From contig MCFE01000009.1 of NCBI GenBank assembly GCA_002104905.1, forward strand, positions 1 to 64,000: a stretch of 64,000 bases of DNA. Direction: 5' to 3'. Position 1 is the stretch's first letter. Each line of letters begins with the position of its first letter. The DNA comes from Basidiobolus meristosporus CBS 931.73 (lineage: Eukaryota; Fungi; Basidiobolomycota). Both the position numbers and the translations under genes were made by a program. Shown one piece after another: positions 10,634 through 22,773 of the stretch. A model generated the notes under the pieces. The model did not search any database. It had not been told where the DNA came from and worked only from the letters and a program-made list of their open reading frames with translations.

Positions 10634-10795
10634 GATACATGGCTATAGGACTTCAGAATAGAGAAACTGTGAGGGGTAGAAGCGGAAAGTATTGCTGGAC
10701 AAGAATGAGTCTCTAGAATCGTACAATACTAGGATTTATAGTTTATTCAGGTTGTACAATGGAACAGGCAAATTTCGCCAAGTTAATCAGAATCG

Positions 10796-12848
10796 TTAAA
10801 TGGAAAAACGGAAATCCAGGCGATTGTTTCCTCTATCTTCGGTTGTGTCTCTATAGTGTTGACGCTCGCTGTCGGTCATGGCGCTCCAGATCTCCTCCCG
10901 CTTACGGTTGACACGAACATAATACGCCCTCAAGCAGAGGAAAAGGACACTGGCCGCTGGAGACAAAGCGTCAGTAACCATTAAATGCAACAGCCAGGAA
11001 CAGGAACTTACCGGTCAGCAGAGCAATGTTGATCCAGTTACCTCTATGGAATCGGGGTTGATCATCAGCCCGATAGATCTGGGAGCCTGGTACGCCAGCA
11101 ATATTTGCTGCGGCGATGATGGCCCCCATCGCCAGTGAGCGCTTTCCCATTGGTGCCATATTCTCGGTGACCCAGGCGACCTGTAAAGCATGCCACGAGT
11201 AAGCGGCCAGGGTGATGATCACAACGACATACAGGCCCCATTTGTTCGTGTTGTCTGGCAGGGCTTGAAGGCACACGTAGCCAATGATGGCAAGCGCGAT
11301 CTGAGCGACACAGTGATAGGCACGATTTCCGTAACGATCACTGTAATAATTATGAGCAACCGATATCACCAGACTTAGGATGTAGGCAGGGACAGTGAGG
11401 GCGTTGCTTGTGTAGGTGTCAAAGCCTAAACTTTTGATAATGGATGGCCTGATTGAGAGGGAGTGGGTGGTTAGAACCAAGCGCGGGATAGAGCACAGAT
11501 GTGGTGTGACTCACGTATAGGTCGTGATGGTGGTGATTGATGTCCTTCAGAACCAACGATGTAAGCCTCGCGTTCAACTGCACACATACTATGGGATCAC
11601 TTACATATCTAGAACACAAATGATCCACTGAGTGGTGGTGTAAGTTGGAAGTAGTATGGAGTGATTTTAGAATGATTTGAGCTTGGCCCTATGCTACTTA
11701 CATGGATCCACAGTCTGACGTCGGTGAAGGTTTCCCGAATATCCTGGAGGGAGACCGGCTTAGACTGCTCAATCTTGACTGGATCATCCCGAATCAAACG
11801 AGTCACTAGAATCTGGGCCTCACGCTCAGTGAACCAAGGCTTGCGACCTCTCAATAGTCCCTTGGTCTTAAAAGGCGATATGGGTAGATAGAGGGCAGTA
11901 AGCACGGCAACTACGTTGGTAAGCAGCCCATCAATGAGGAAAAGCCACTTCCATCCCCTGTTAGATGTGTGAGCGCATAGCTTGGATCCAGTGGCTGGAA
12001 GCCAATCACTTACTCTAATCCGCCTATTCCAGCCATCTGTAGAATCCCGAACGACATGATGCTGGAGATGGCACTGGCAAGAGATTGGAACCCCCAGAAC
12101 CAAGCCAAACGAGAGCCTAGCTCGTGTGTTTTATAATACAAGGACTGCAGCGTGGCTTAGCTTTGGAAATAGTAGAACCTACGTACACCACAACTTACCA
12201 AATAGTACAGACATGCTGGAATAAAGCCAGCCTCGGTGGCGGCTAGGAAGACCCGCACCGATAGGAATCCGCTTATACTAATATAGTGTTAGCAAACTGC
12301 ACGAGAGAACCCAAGAAATCAACGTACTCATGAATCAAGGCATGGCACCAAGTTACAACTCCCCAGGAAAACTAGGCCAGGTTTTAGATGACGATGAAGA
12401 AGCCGGTAAGAGGGGCAATTACCATCAAGAAGGAGATCCAGTAGGTAGCGTGCCATTTCTTGACGGCAACGTTGGATGGGAAGGCGAATATAGTGAACAC
12501 GATGCTGAACAGCAGGGTTCCAGTGTTGATTTCGTTAATGGACATTCCAAGATCATGTGGCATGTTGTTGGTCAATGCGTTGGCTAGAATGAGGGATAAA
12601 AAAATTAGGCCAGTTCCAGAGGCGGAATGCAAAGGCATCAACTTACACAGGTTCGTACGATCAATATTCAGGATGAAGGTGGTGAGGAGAACCCACGGAA
12701 AGATCCGAGTGTCCAGTAGCCTTACTAGCCTCTTCTCCTCCTCAATACTCCACTCGAGGTCAGGGATGTATCCTTCGACCTTCTTGCTTTGATCCACTTG
12801 AGAGTGATCAAATTCAGCCAAATTGCCGGCTTTCCCCTTTTCAGCCAT
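10796..12848 (-). CDS. MFS transporter, anion:cation symporter (Dal5/Tna1 allantoate/nicotinate permease-like), multi-exon
   Basis: Exon fragments WSIEEEKRLVRLLD..., NIDRTN, GWKWLFLIDG, KRSLAMGAIIAAANIAG..GSQIYRADDQPRF. GT-AG introns join them. Confidence 0.88.
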
Positions 12849-13390
12849 GTTGAAGAACTAGTATCGTCGCTGGGTACGAGTTGTCTGAGTGAAGACTTTT
12901 ATATGTGATGTCTAGCCTTTGCTCGCCATTTTTAGGCAAGAACACTCCATTTGACGTGATTTATCGAACCGATTGTGTGTACGGTGTGGAAAGGGGGCTC
13001 TTTGGTGGGATGAGGTGATTCCCACTTGGAGCGAGTCATTTCCGTTGTACCACCCAAACAGCGCTAATGCAAGATCGTCGTTGAAGATCTTGGGACCACG
13101 AAGCAACCAACAAACAGGTTGGCAGGATTCGCCTTCTTTCCTAATAGTGACAACATTGAGCGCTACTTGGTTGGGTTACAGCAGTGTGCTTGGAAGCCGT
13201 TTTTATTATTGAGAAATCTATTTTGGGAACAAGCTCTCGTGGGAAAGTGAGTAGTGACCATGATCCAATTCAAGAGGATGAACCATCTGCCGCGTTGTAT
13301 AGGAATAGTTGTATGGAATTAACAAAAGCTCGTAACGAAACATAAACAGAACATGTGCGGGTGCGAGTGTGAGTACGGATGTGGGATTAT

Positions 13391-16300
13391 TCATTTGGTG
13401 GGCAACTCTATCCCTAGGATAGGGAACAGATTGTGTAGTCGGTTCCTCTTTCCTGCGTTGAGCTCAAGTATGTACTTCTTAAGCGGCTCTTTAAGCGAGT
13501 CGCATTTCAGGAGAACATCTTGAAGTTGGTTCTTCGGAAGCTGGATAAGGACTGTGAAGGACGCTGGCTGGGTAAGCTGATGATTCATGGTGTTAGTGAC
13601 AGGTTTCAAAGCTTCAATCGAACGCCACCAGCAGTACCTTGCAGCACCGGATAAAGCCGTCCCATAACTTGGGCGAGTTCCATATCTTCTTGGTGATCAA
13701 GCGAGAGAGCAAGCTGTTGATGAACCCAGCGAGGTTCTTGTGAAGGGAAACACTTTGCATTACCTAAATATAGAATGATGTCGGTCAGCAAGCTACTCGT
13801 GATCTGGACTTTACACAGAATGCGGCATACAGTTCGCATGAATAGCGTGGGGATCTTCGGCTGGTCTACTAGCTGTTGGAGGACCACGGCCAAAACTTCG
13901 GAAGTAAATATCTCTGGAAGAGAAAAGCATATTTGAGTGGCTACCGATAGCGATGAATTAAGATGAGGATTAGTGACAGAGTTGGTTGTGTGATGTGAAA
14001 AGGAACAAGCTATCTACCCTCCACAGCTCGCTTCAACCCAATCGTATCCTCCATATTGTGCAAGGCAACCAACAGCTCAGATGGGCTGATCTGGGATCGA
14101 CCCGAGCCGGCCCCTTCCCCGTCTCCAGAAGTGCTAATGAGCTTCGACATGACCTCTTTTACAACCTTTCTCTCACTCTCAGTGTTGTTCAAAAGGCATA
14201 TGATGTTCGGCAGGAAACGAAACGCCTCCTCCTAATTACTCGGTTAGATTGAACTAGAGCACTGGTGAATCCTCCTAAACACTTGCCTTTTCTAGACCAG
14301 GCATGATAGGGATCAGGAAACGCGCATCCAGCTCGCGCTGAGTGTAGATGGACTTGACGGTATTCACCAGTTGAGGAGAAGGTTTGGCTAAGCATGGCAA
14401 CGGTGAGATGCCGCTCGAAGGCAAGGCAAGGCAACACAAGCTTACCTTTATCTGTCAGGATAACCAATATACGAAGCACCAGAGTCTCCCCGCCCTCGTG
14501 GAAGTTCCGGAGGATATTCAAAAGCTTGGTGGAATTCATGCCGATGGATTTGATCAGCGGATATATCTCCTGTCTGATGACTTTTCGCACGTTTTCCGAG
14601 GTTTTGGTGTAAACTACAAAGAGTCTTGGAAGCGTGCGAGTTAGGATGCGGTTGGAGGGGAATGGGGCAGGCCGGCCTACTTACTCCTTCAGGAAGTCTG
14701 GCTTCTTGGTGCATAGGGCAAAAAAGAGCTCCAGGTGGCGAACGATGTCCTGCTCGTCTCTTTGCTGGTTTTTCGCCCCGCCTTCGCTGGGTTCGGTGGA
14801 AACGGGATCGATCTCAGCTGGCTCCGCGTCCTCGTTGTTGGTGTCGAGGGACATGTCAGATAGGGACTGCAAAGACTCGAGGGCGAACGCCTCGATTTTC
14901 GCTGTAATATTAACATGATCGGGCACCCATTTCTTAACTGTTACAATTGCTGGTGATCTGGTGGATCTTTCTTTATGAATGCAATAGGACAACAATATAT
15001 CTAAACAAACATCTCGAATCGGTGGTCGTAGATTGGCAAGATCACGTAACAGCGACAACCCCATCAACAGTTTCTGAGAGTCATCACAACACATTTTGAC
15101 CATGGAGGCTGCATGTTCAGTGACCTCCGGGATGTCCAAGAAGAACTTGGTTAATATCCTGTCCTTCGCATCAACTGTTGGTATACAAACGTCCAAGAGT
15201 CGGTGGAGCCATTTGGGATACTGGGGCTCCCATGAAAACTCTTTCCCCATTAGCACGTCGTTGTACCATTCCTCTTGGAGCCATAGGGCAGCCAGCTCAT
15301 GTCTGGCTCTGAAGTTCTCCGCCACAAAGTTGCAAAGGATTTCGCGTAGCTGATCCTTGTAGTTTTCGAGATGCTTATGATCCTCCTCCTGAGAAGAGTT
15401 GTCAACAACCGGGACTCCTCTCGCTACTAGCCGCGCAACAATCGACATCCAGTCAGTAAAGCTATCCTCGCCCGTACGTCTGGTCGTGGCCAAGTGCGAT
15501 CCACCGGGCCCGATAAGCGTGGACTCCGTTTGAAGAATTCGAATCAATGCATCCTTGGCCATGGTTTGGTACTGGTCGTTGTCGTAGACCACCGGCGCGC
15601 CAAGCTCGAATGGCTTGGATTCAAGAGGCCGATCGTTGACCATGTTCTCCACCCTTTCATCCACCTATGAGGAAATGTTTAACACAAAACACCGCTTGGC
15701 TAGAAATGCTTCTACAAACACCTACCTGTATGTTTTCTGATAAGGACGGCTCCCTCTCCTCCGTCTTAACTTGAGCCTCCACCTCCATACTGTCCGAGGT
15801 GTCCAGGCCCACTTCACTCTTGATAGGAACGTCGCCGACTTCATCCTCAAACCCAGCTGTCTGGTATGGATTTACTGCATCCGAATCATCTCTGTCCATG
15901 TGAGCGAGATTGTTTTGGCTATGGGCCGCTTTCATCCGAGGATCTTGGGGCCTTCCTTGCAATCTTGGATCACGGGAAAGCGTTTCTGACGAGCTGGGAG
16001 CATCTTTACGAACCCTGGGGTCCCGGGATTGGCCTTCGGCGGGTTCCGTGTCCCTGGCTTGAACTCTGGGGTCCTTGGGCGCCGGAGCACCAGACGAGGA
16101 GTCGTTGAACGAACCTTTGCTCTCTTGAGCTAGATCGGCCAGGTTTTCAACTCGGCGCATTCTCTAGAGCAGGTAATTAATAAGTGACCCATATGCAAAG
16201 CCAGATCGTATGGATGGCTTCAAAGCTACCACCGGATATTTACCACAAGAGCTTGGTCGAAACTGCTCTGAGACATACTCTGCAGAGTTGTGATGATGGC

Positions 16301-17845
16301 GTCCACCAAAGGGTCCAACGGCAACTGGGTGACATCAAGTTTGTCTAACACATGTGCAACTGACGTTAAGGACATGACAGATACTCAGGGATTGCGCATG
16401 AAATGATGGAAAAGGATATCTTGTGGTATGGTGTGGCCGTCTGGTTTGGCTCTGGCTTGGTCAGCAGGCCTGGAGCTAGAGCCGGACGATGACGCTGGTC
16501 TCGGCTTTTTGGATGCCCCTGGCTTCTCGGAACTATGGGCACGTTTACTCGCTTGTCTTGGATCGTGTGCTGCTTGCTGCAATTTCGCCATCCTAGCTTG
16601 ATAATGAGCCACTTCGCGCTTGGCTCCGATAGCAAGAAGAGCATCGGTGATTTGCTTTTGATAGCTGGATGGAGGCTTTGATCTGGTGGGTTGTGGTGTA
16701 ACCTTGGTAAGCGCACATGCCAAACTCATAGTGAACAACCAACCGATACCTCATGAGTCCTAAGAGCTGGTTTCTAATCGACCGCTCCACAAATCTCTTC
16801 TGAATGGATCGAAAGTTGCCAGTCGGTGTCCTGTGCCAACTTTCGAATGCGGGCACGACCCGGGGTATAAACTCGGGCCGGAACCTCATAAGCAGTGAGA
16901 GGCAGTTGATGATTGCTGTGATAGAGCCGCTTGACCTTGTGGAGGGAATGTGTGTGAGCCAGTTGACGGCAGACAAGGATGGGTTAGCAATCGACATACA
17001 TGGAGGGCGAGAATAGCAGGGATATGAAGGTATTGAGATGCGAGAGCCCTTCCTCTTCGAGGAGCTTCCTGTCCAGGAAGGGGTGTGAAGAAGGGCAAAG
17101 ATCCAGCGAGACCTCCGGAGAAGTGTTGGACTGGTACCGAAGTTTCCCATTAATTGCGCCACTTTGTAATCAGCATAATCTCGAAAAGTACCTTTTTCTC
17201 TCTACTATCTACAGATTGCACGGTCAGTACTGTGTGCATGAACTTGATCACGTTGATCTTTACTCCGTCGTTCTTGGACTCGAGCAAAGAAATGACTTTG
17301 GTCTTGAGCTCGTGAACGGAATTCCAGGTGTCCTGTTCGGCCGGATGCGTGCACCTAAAGGGAATATCTGGGGTTAGAATCACGTTTCCGTCGACCGCAC
17401 GAGCAAGGGACAACTCACATTCGCTTAAATACAATAGGGTACAGATTCCCGCTGGCTTGTATGACGGACTTGACAACGATCATCGCGGTATCATTTAATA
17501 AAGGCAATAGTGTGTCGGCAGCCAGTTTCAATACTATGTACATAGAACAGAAGAGTTAAGGTATATTACGTCCTCAGGAAAAAAACAGAACTGGCCAAGG
17601 AAAACAGGTTTCCGTAGTAGGATACAATCTGGATGTGTTTCGCCCGAGCGTCTAACTACGCTGATCAGGAAGTTCACCACCCACTGACGGATTTCGGGAG
17701 GTTTCTCAAAAATAAGCGTGTATGTCATAGGGAACAGAGTGGCGAGCTGTTCCGCATCGTCCTTGACATGGTCCCTAAAATCCTCCAGGAGACGAAGTTT
17801 CTCGTTTGGATCGACCTCCGTGAGTGCTAACTGGAGCTTGTCCAT
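13391..17845 (-). CDS. PTA1: Symplekin/Pta1 (pre-mRNA 3'-end processing scaffold), multi-exon
   Basis: ATG at 17845. Recognisable segments are WLQEEWY, FFLDIPEV, LANLRPPIR, FLIPIMPGLEK and EVLAVVLQQLVDQPKIPTLFMRT...LITKKIWNSPKLWDGFIRCCK (Symplekin_C). Confidence 0.92.
14232..14286 (-). other. GC-AG intron (55 bp) in symplekin
   Basis: AAG|GCAAGT...CTAAC...TAG|GAG. Removal joins FLIPIMPGLEK to EEAFRFLPNII in frame. Confidence 0.85.
16354..16419 (-). other. U12-type AT-AC minor intron (66 bp) in symplekin
   Basis: 5'SS G|ATATCCTTT, branch site TCCTTAAC (16365-16372), 3'SS GCAC| 11 nt downstream. Splicing gives TIPQ-D-VLDKLDVTQLP in frame. The unspliced frame stops at 16385. Confidence 0.92.
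17534..17625 (-). other. U12-type GT-AG minor intron (92 bp) in symplekin
   Basis: 5'SS T|GTATCCTAC, branch site TACCTTAAC (17555-17563), 3'SS CATAG|. Splicing gives HPD-L-LKLAADTLL in frame. Confidence 0.82.
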
Positions 17846-17979
17846 GGTGAAGTGACTTGAAGACAAGTCGGAAGAAGGGAATTTTTTGGAATATGAACCA
17901 CGCGAATAGTTGAAATTGGCGATTGCTTAATTATCTGGTTAATGTTTGTGGATCGTTGACGGCTTGATGAGATCATCAC

Positions 17980-18012
17980 AACCACAACCCTAACCACAAC
18001 CCTAACCCTAAC
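17980..18012 (-). promoter_or_regulatory. Internal telomere-type array in the PTA1/RPC82 divergent promoter
   Basis: AACCAC AACCCT AACCAC AACCCT AACCCT AAC. A GATGAG (PAC-like) motif lies at 17966-17971. Confidence 0.6.
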
Positions 18013-18240
18013 TCCATCGCAGGCGCAAGCGAGGTACGCGGCCGATGTTGTTGATTTTCTAGATTAGGATAAACACGATGTCTAATTTTTTTTCATTTTT
18101 TTTTGTAGCATGATTACTATGCAGCCAGCTTACTGAAGGCTGCAAAGTGTGGTGCTCCCAGTGAAGGCAAACCAAACATTGACCATTCCCGCCCAACCTC
18201 CCCCGAAACCAAGCCATAAAGAACATCTAGAGGTTTCCAA

Positions 18241-20432
18241 ATGTCTGTCACGGTTGTTCGTCTTTGCCGGGATGTATTGCTGGAAGATTTCGGGCCTGTC
18301 GTCCAAGTATATTTATTTTGTTCCTTCCGTATGTTTCTCTAGCGCGACATTGACGAGTTATTTTCGCCGGGGTTTCAATAGAGAGTTGGCACCGTGTTGG
18401 TGAAGAAAGGAAGATTACCCCTTAGCCAAATCAAATTACTTGCGAAATTATCCCTCCGTCAAGTTCGAGAGAGTCTGTTAATTCTAATTCAACACAATCT
18501 GGTATACCACGCCGAAACCGGCGAGACCGGGGCGACCGTAACGTACTACGAAGCCAACGTAGAGGAGATATTAGCTAGACTTCGCATTGGACTTATCATA
18601 AATAGCGCATCGGAGTGGTTTGGAAAAGAGGTATTTCAAGGAGCATATTGTCGTTCGGCCCAGGGGCTTTGCTAAAACGAAACCAATTCGCAGGGCGGAG
18701 TGATCATTCGTCTACTTCTGAATCGAGGAATGATGCGTCTAAAGGATCTACGCGCTGTACTGGAGTTAGAGAAGGGGAAAATCAACAGTCAGTAACATAC
18801 ATACCTCGATGGTGTTCCGAGAAATGCCCGGCGTCTCTAACCCTGCTCTTGCTTTCAGAGAACGTCGTCTTCACCAAGGTTTTCACTCAGATGGCGCGCG
18901 GTCGCTATATCCGGGCAGTCACCCCCACAGATAAGATCTCGCCCACCGACAGGTCTATATCGGAACAGGCGAAGGAGATGGAGCAATTCAAATCCCCACC
19001 CACTGCCCAAGAGCTGGCCAACTTGAAGAAGATCCGCGAGGAAAAAGAAGTGGCCGAGATCAACAGCAACGTGATCGTGGGAATGGTATCGCCGCTGCAT
19101 AATAGCCCGTTTCTCGGACCCCGGAATACTAAACTGCTTTCGTTCGCTGCAGAAACGCAAGATGGTGGATTCCGAGACTGGACCCAACAAAGTAAGATCC
19201 AACTCGTCTGTCACCGAACACCACAGCACAGACTCACCCTTGTTTATGAGCAGAAAAGCAATGTCGATGCGGAGACCCTGGAGGAAGTTGACGTAGGTTC
19301 TCCCTGGATGTTTTGATGGGCATCGTTGACTTATTTCGAATATAGCAAGACGTATACTGGAAGATAAACTACGAGCAATTCAATCTCAAGCTTCGCAACA
19401 AGGTCGGTCCCACCGCTGCTTCGACGGCTCGGCGGAATTCGCTTTAACCTGTGTTTCGACGACATCTAGAGCATTGTCCGCTTTGTGGACGACCGTATCA
19501 ACAAAGGTGCTGCGGCGGTGATGAAGGCCGCCTTCAGCGTGGTGGAGGACCGTATGCGACAGTGCAAGGAGGAGAAGTCAGGTAATTTTCGTGGGAGCAT
19601 TACCTGTTCGTCCCCATCCGCCATTAACCTAGCCCTTAGTCGTTATGTCAGCTACGCTCATCACCCACAACCTTCCCTCAGAAATCAATTTGCAAAACGA
19701 CGTAATCATGGATGTTGAGGGCACCAACTTCAAGCCATCACAGCAGCAGCTAACCAACGAACTGCTGGACCTCCTTTGCAACGATCACGTGAAGTTCATG
19801 GTGAAGGAGGATGAGAGAGGTTCCGGCCAGTACCGTATCAATCTGGAAAAGATCGCGGAGGCGCTCAAGGTTCGCTTGGTCGAGTCAGTGGTGGCAGAAA
19901 AGTATGGCTCCATCAGTGCGAGATTGATGCGAATCCTGGTGAGCAAGCAAAAATTAGACGAGAAACAGGTGGCGTTGTCTTTTACTTCCTCATGATCTCG
20001 CCCATGATCTGACCAATGTCGTGCACCATGTAGGTGGCCAAGATTGCCATGGTTCCGGGCAAAGATGCTCGCGAGAAGCTTCACCAGCTAGCCACTGCCG
20101 GGCTTTTGGAAGTCCAGGAGGTTCCCAAGTCTGCTGACAGAGCCCCCTCTCGCACCTTCTACCTCTGGCATGTTCCCATGAAGCGGTGCCAAGAGGTGAT
20201 CCTAGAGGACTGCTACAAAGCACTGGCCAGCGTTCGTCAACGCCGCAATGAGGAGATAAAGATGCGCGCCCGGTTGCTGGAAAAGACTCAGCGTGAGGAT
20301 GTCAAAGCAAACCAGGATCTCTTGAGTGCCTCAGACAAGGCCCAGCTAGAGCTGCTGAACAAAGTGTTGGACTGGCTGGAAGTAGCAGAGGTGCGCCTTG
20401 ACGAGATGGTGATGATCCTGCGGGATTACTGA
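18241..20432 (+). CDS. RPC82: RNA polymerase III subunit RPC3 (RPC82/POLR3C), multi-exon
   Basis: Spliced N-terminus MSVTVVRLCRDVLLEDFGPVVQ|RVGTVLVKKGRLPL..LLILIQHNLV. C-terminus LDEKQV|AKIAMVPGKDAREKL...LEVQEVPKSADRAPSRTFYLW. Confidence 0.93.
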
Positions 20433-20698
20433 TTCAACGAACACCTGTCTTTTCAACCAACAATCGTCTCCTAATCATTGTATCTTCCTCATCTCATGCC
20501 ACCAACCCCCACCCAAGGTCTATAGACAATAAAATGGTGACCATTACTGACGCGTGTTTTGATGATGGGTTTATTGAGTCTCAAAGTGGAAGTCGATTCG
20601 GGATTACTGCAAATACTACGAATCAATTGGTTGGTTACTCGGAACGGAGCAGGGATTATGACTACTTCATGTCGTTATCGCACTCATCCAGCGCAGAA

Positions 20699-22165
20699 TC
20701 AACAAACAGAGGTGGGGTTGGCTAACGGGTTAGTGTGCTCACCACTTGGTTGTTGGTTGATCTCGCAGTGAACGGGATACTGGTTTCGAAGGTTGCAGCG
20801 GGAAGCGAAGTTTTGAGAAAGATCCGGTCCTCGAGGCTGCCTGATTGGGCAGATCAAGGGCAGCCCATCCACTCGCTTGTAGCTTTGTCTGAACGGGGAA
20901 CGGGAGTAGTGAGCAGCAATCCCACTGGGCTCGGGGTTGGCCTTCACCGGGGTCCTGTTCAGTCCCGTTGGGGTGCTGGGTGAACCACCGTTGTGTAGTG
21001 GCTTCTTGGCTGCCTTGGAGGTGCTCAAGGAAGAAACCGAGCTGGGGGCACCCTTGCGAGAAATTCTCATATGCCAGCTCTCTTCTTCACCGTCACACTT
21101 GTAAGTCATCCCGAGCTTCTCGACGATGGATTGCAACAGTCCTCTTTGATACTCGTTCAGTGAGTTGAGGTAAACCAAGTCGTGGTTACCCTGCTCCTCA
21201 CGGAACGCAATCAACTCTTCATAAAAAGTACGAGCATCCGGGTCATTCATATCAATCCCCTCCAGGGCCTCAGCCGAAGTGACCTTGGCTTTACCACGTT
21301 TCTCGGGTTTCATTTTTTCGCTTTTTTTACTTTTTTCCCTAGGCTTACTCTCAGCCTTCTCTTCTTTCTCTCGTTGCAAGATCTTTACAGGCTTTTCCGC
21401 CTTTTTCGGCTTCTCCCTCCCCTCCTTGTCGGAAGCGGGTTGGGTCTCCTCGAAAAAGGGTTTCTCCTCGAATTCATTCAGAGACTCATGATTGAATCCC
21501 GGCATCACCCGCTTGTACTCGACCTTTAGCCTTCGGCCTCCTATGTCGAGCCCGTTCAAAGTGGATATCACAAAGTCGGTCTCTTCAGGAGTTTTGAAGT
21601 TCGCAAAGGCGAGTCCTCTGAACACCCCATTATCATAATGATAGTTGAATGCATATGGTTTTGGGATATTCAAATCGACCTAGGGACCAAAGAACCTTCG
21701 TTAGTTACGCCACCCTGTATACACATTCATCTGCGAAAGTGGGTTACCATGGATTTGAGAAGAATATCTCTCTTGATTGAGAACGGGATATTCTTGATGA
21801 CCACAGCGGTGGTCACGATTTCACCGATAAGGGGATCGGTCTCAACATGGTTCTGATCATAACGTTGCTAAGCGGGGTTAATTCCAGGGGGTTCTCAGGG
21901 CAACAGGTCCAAAACGTCCGCAACCTACCTTCGGCTTTCGCTTCTCTTTTCCATTGTTACCGCTCTTGGAACCCTTTCTTCTTGAGCCTTTGCTTTTCTC
22001 AGAAGCGCTTCCAGTTTCTTTGTCAGTGGTGACGGGAGAATCATTACCCTCACCACTGCTGCTAGAATCAAGGGCTTCTGGTTCACGAGTTTGGCTGTAA
22101 ACATCGGCATTAAGACACTCAGCAGTAAGGCTGCTAACTTCGTTTTCCGTTGGTTGTCCGTTCAT
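20699..22165 (-). CDS. RRM + R3H-like RNA-binding protein (Pin4/Cip2-like), 3 exons
   Basis: TAVVIKNIPF|...PYAFNYHYDNGVFRGLAFANF...LNGLDIGGRRLKVEYKRV is the Pin4/Cip-type RRM. It is followed by an R3H-like segment and C-terminal PIRQPRGPD. Confidence 0.85.
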
Positions 22166-22636
22166 GATAGTAAGTAGGGTTTACTGGTGGTGTAGACGAC
22201 TTCGTGACGAAAAGCAGGGGAAAGGTTGGATTGGTTGGTGTGAAGCAATGAAATCACAAAGCTTTGTAAGGCTTCTGAAAGGGTATCAAAGAAGAGGAGC
22301 GAATAGAAAATGGCCCGTTAGAAAACGGCTTTAGGAGCGAAGGAGAGTACCAACGTGCACCTCCTCTCACCACCAGTTAAATACTCAATTTGCGTATCAA
22401 ATCCCCTCAATTTACCTCATTGATCTCAAATGGAAATTTTATTCCACCTTGATCCATCATGCTTAGGACGGAACGCTGCCAATATGATGGATCCATGGTG
22501 CCTCACTGACATCAGCCCACATCAAAACACTGCATATCCATGGTAGAGGCCAACTTCTGATTAAATGCTGCGTTTCAGGTCTAGAGGAGTCTTATTGGGG
22601 GAATGCTCGAATTGGGAAATGATGAGTAAATCATGT

Positions 22637-22660
22637 TTAGGATTAGGGTTAGGGTTAGGG
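22637..22660 (+). promoter_or_regulatory. Internal telomere-type array TTAGGA(TTAGGG)3 upstream of TEX1
   Basis: Lies 114 bp upstream of the ATG. A GATGAG motif lies at 22621-22626. Confidence 0.6.
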
Positions 22661-22773
22661 TCATGGTTATCCCAGAGGCGGGCTAAGCAGGTTCATAGAC
22701 AAATTTCTGATTAACTCGAAAATAAGGATTCGCCTGGAGCATTCACATTCACTTCCACTCCCACTTCCACACC

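Noticed and set aside
18105-18190. Box C/D snoRNA downstream of the telo-box (ATGATTA...CTGA)
   Set aside because: Imperfect C box, spacing too short, no terminal stem and no rRNA complementarity that I could identify.
17980-22660. TTAGGG arrays as a chromosome end or telomerase RNA template
   Set aside because: Only 4-5 units, internal, between intact genes. No surrounding TER structure recognised.
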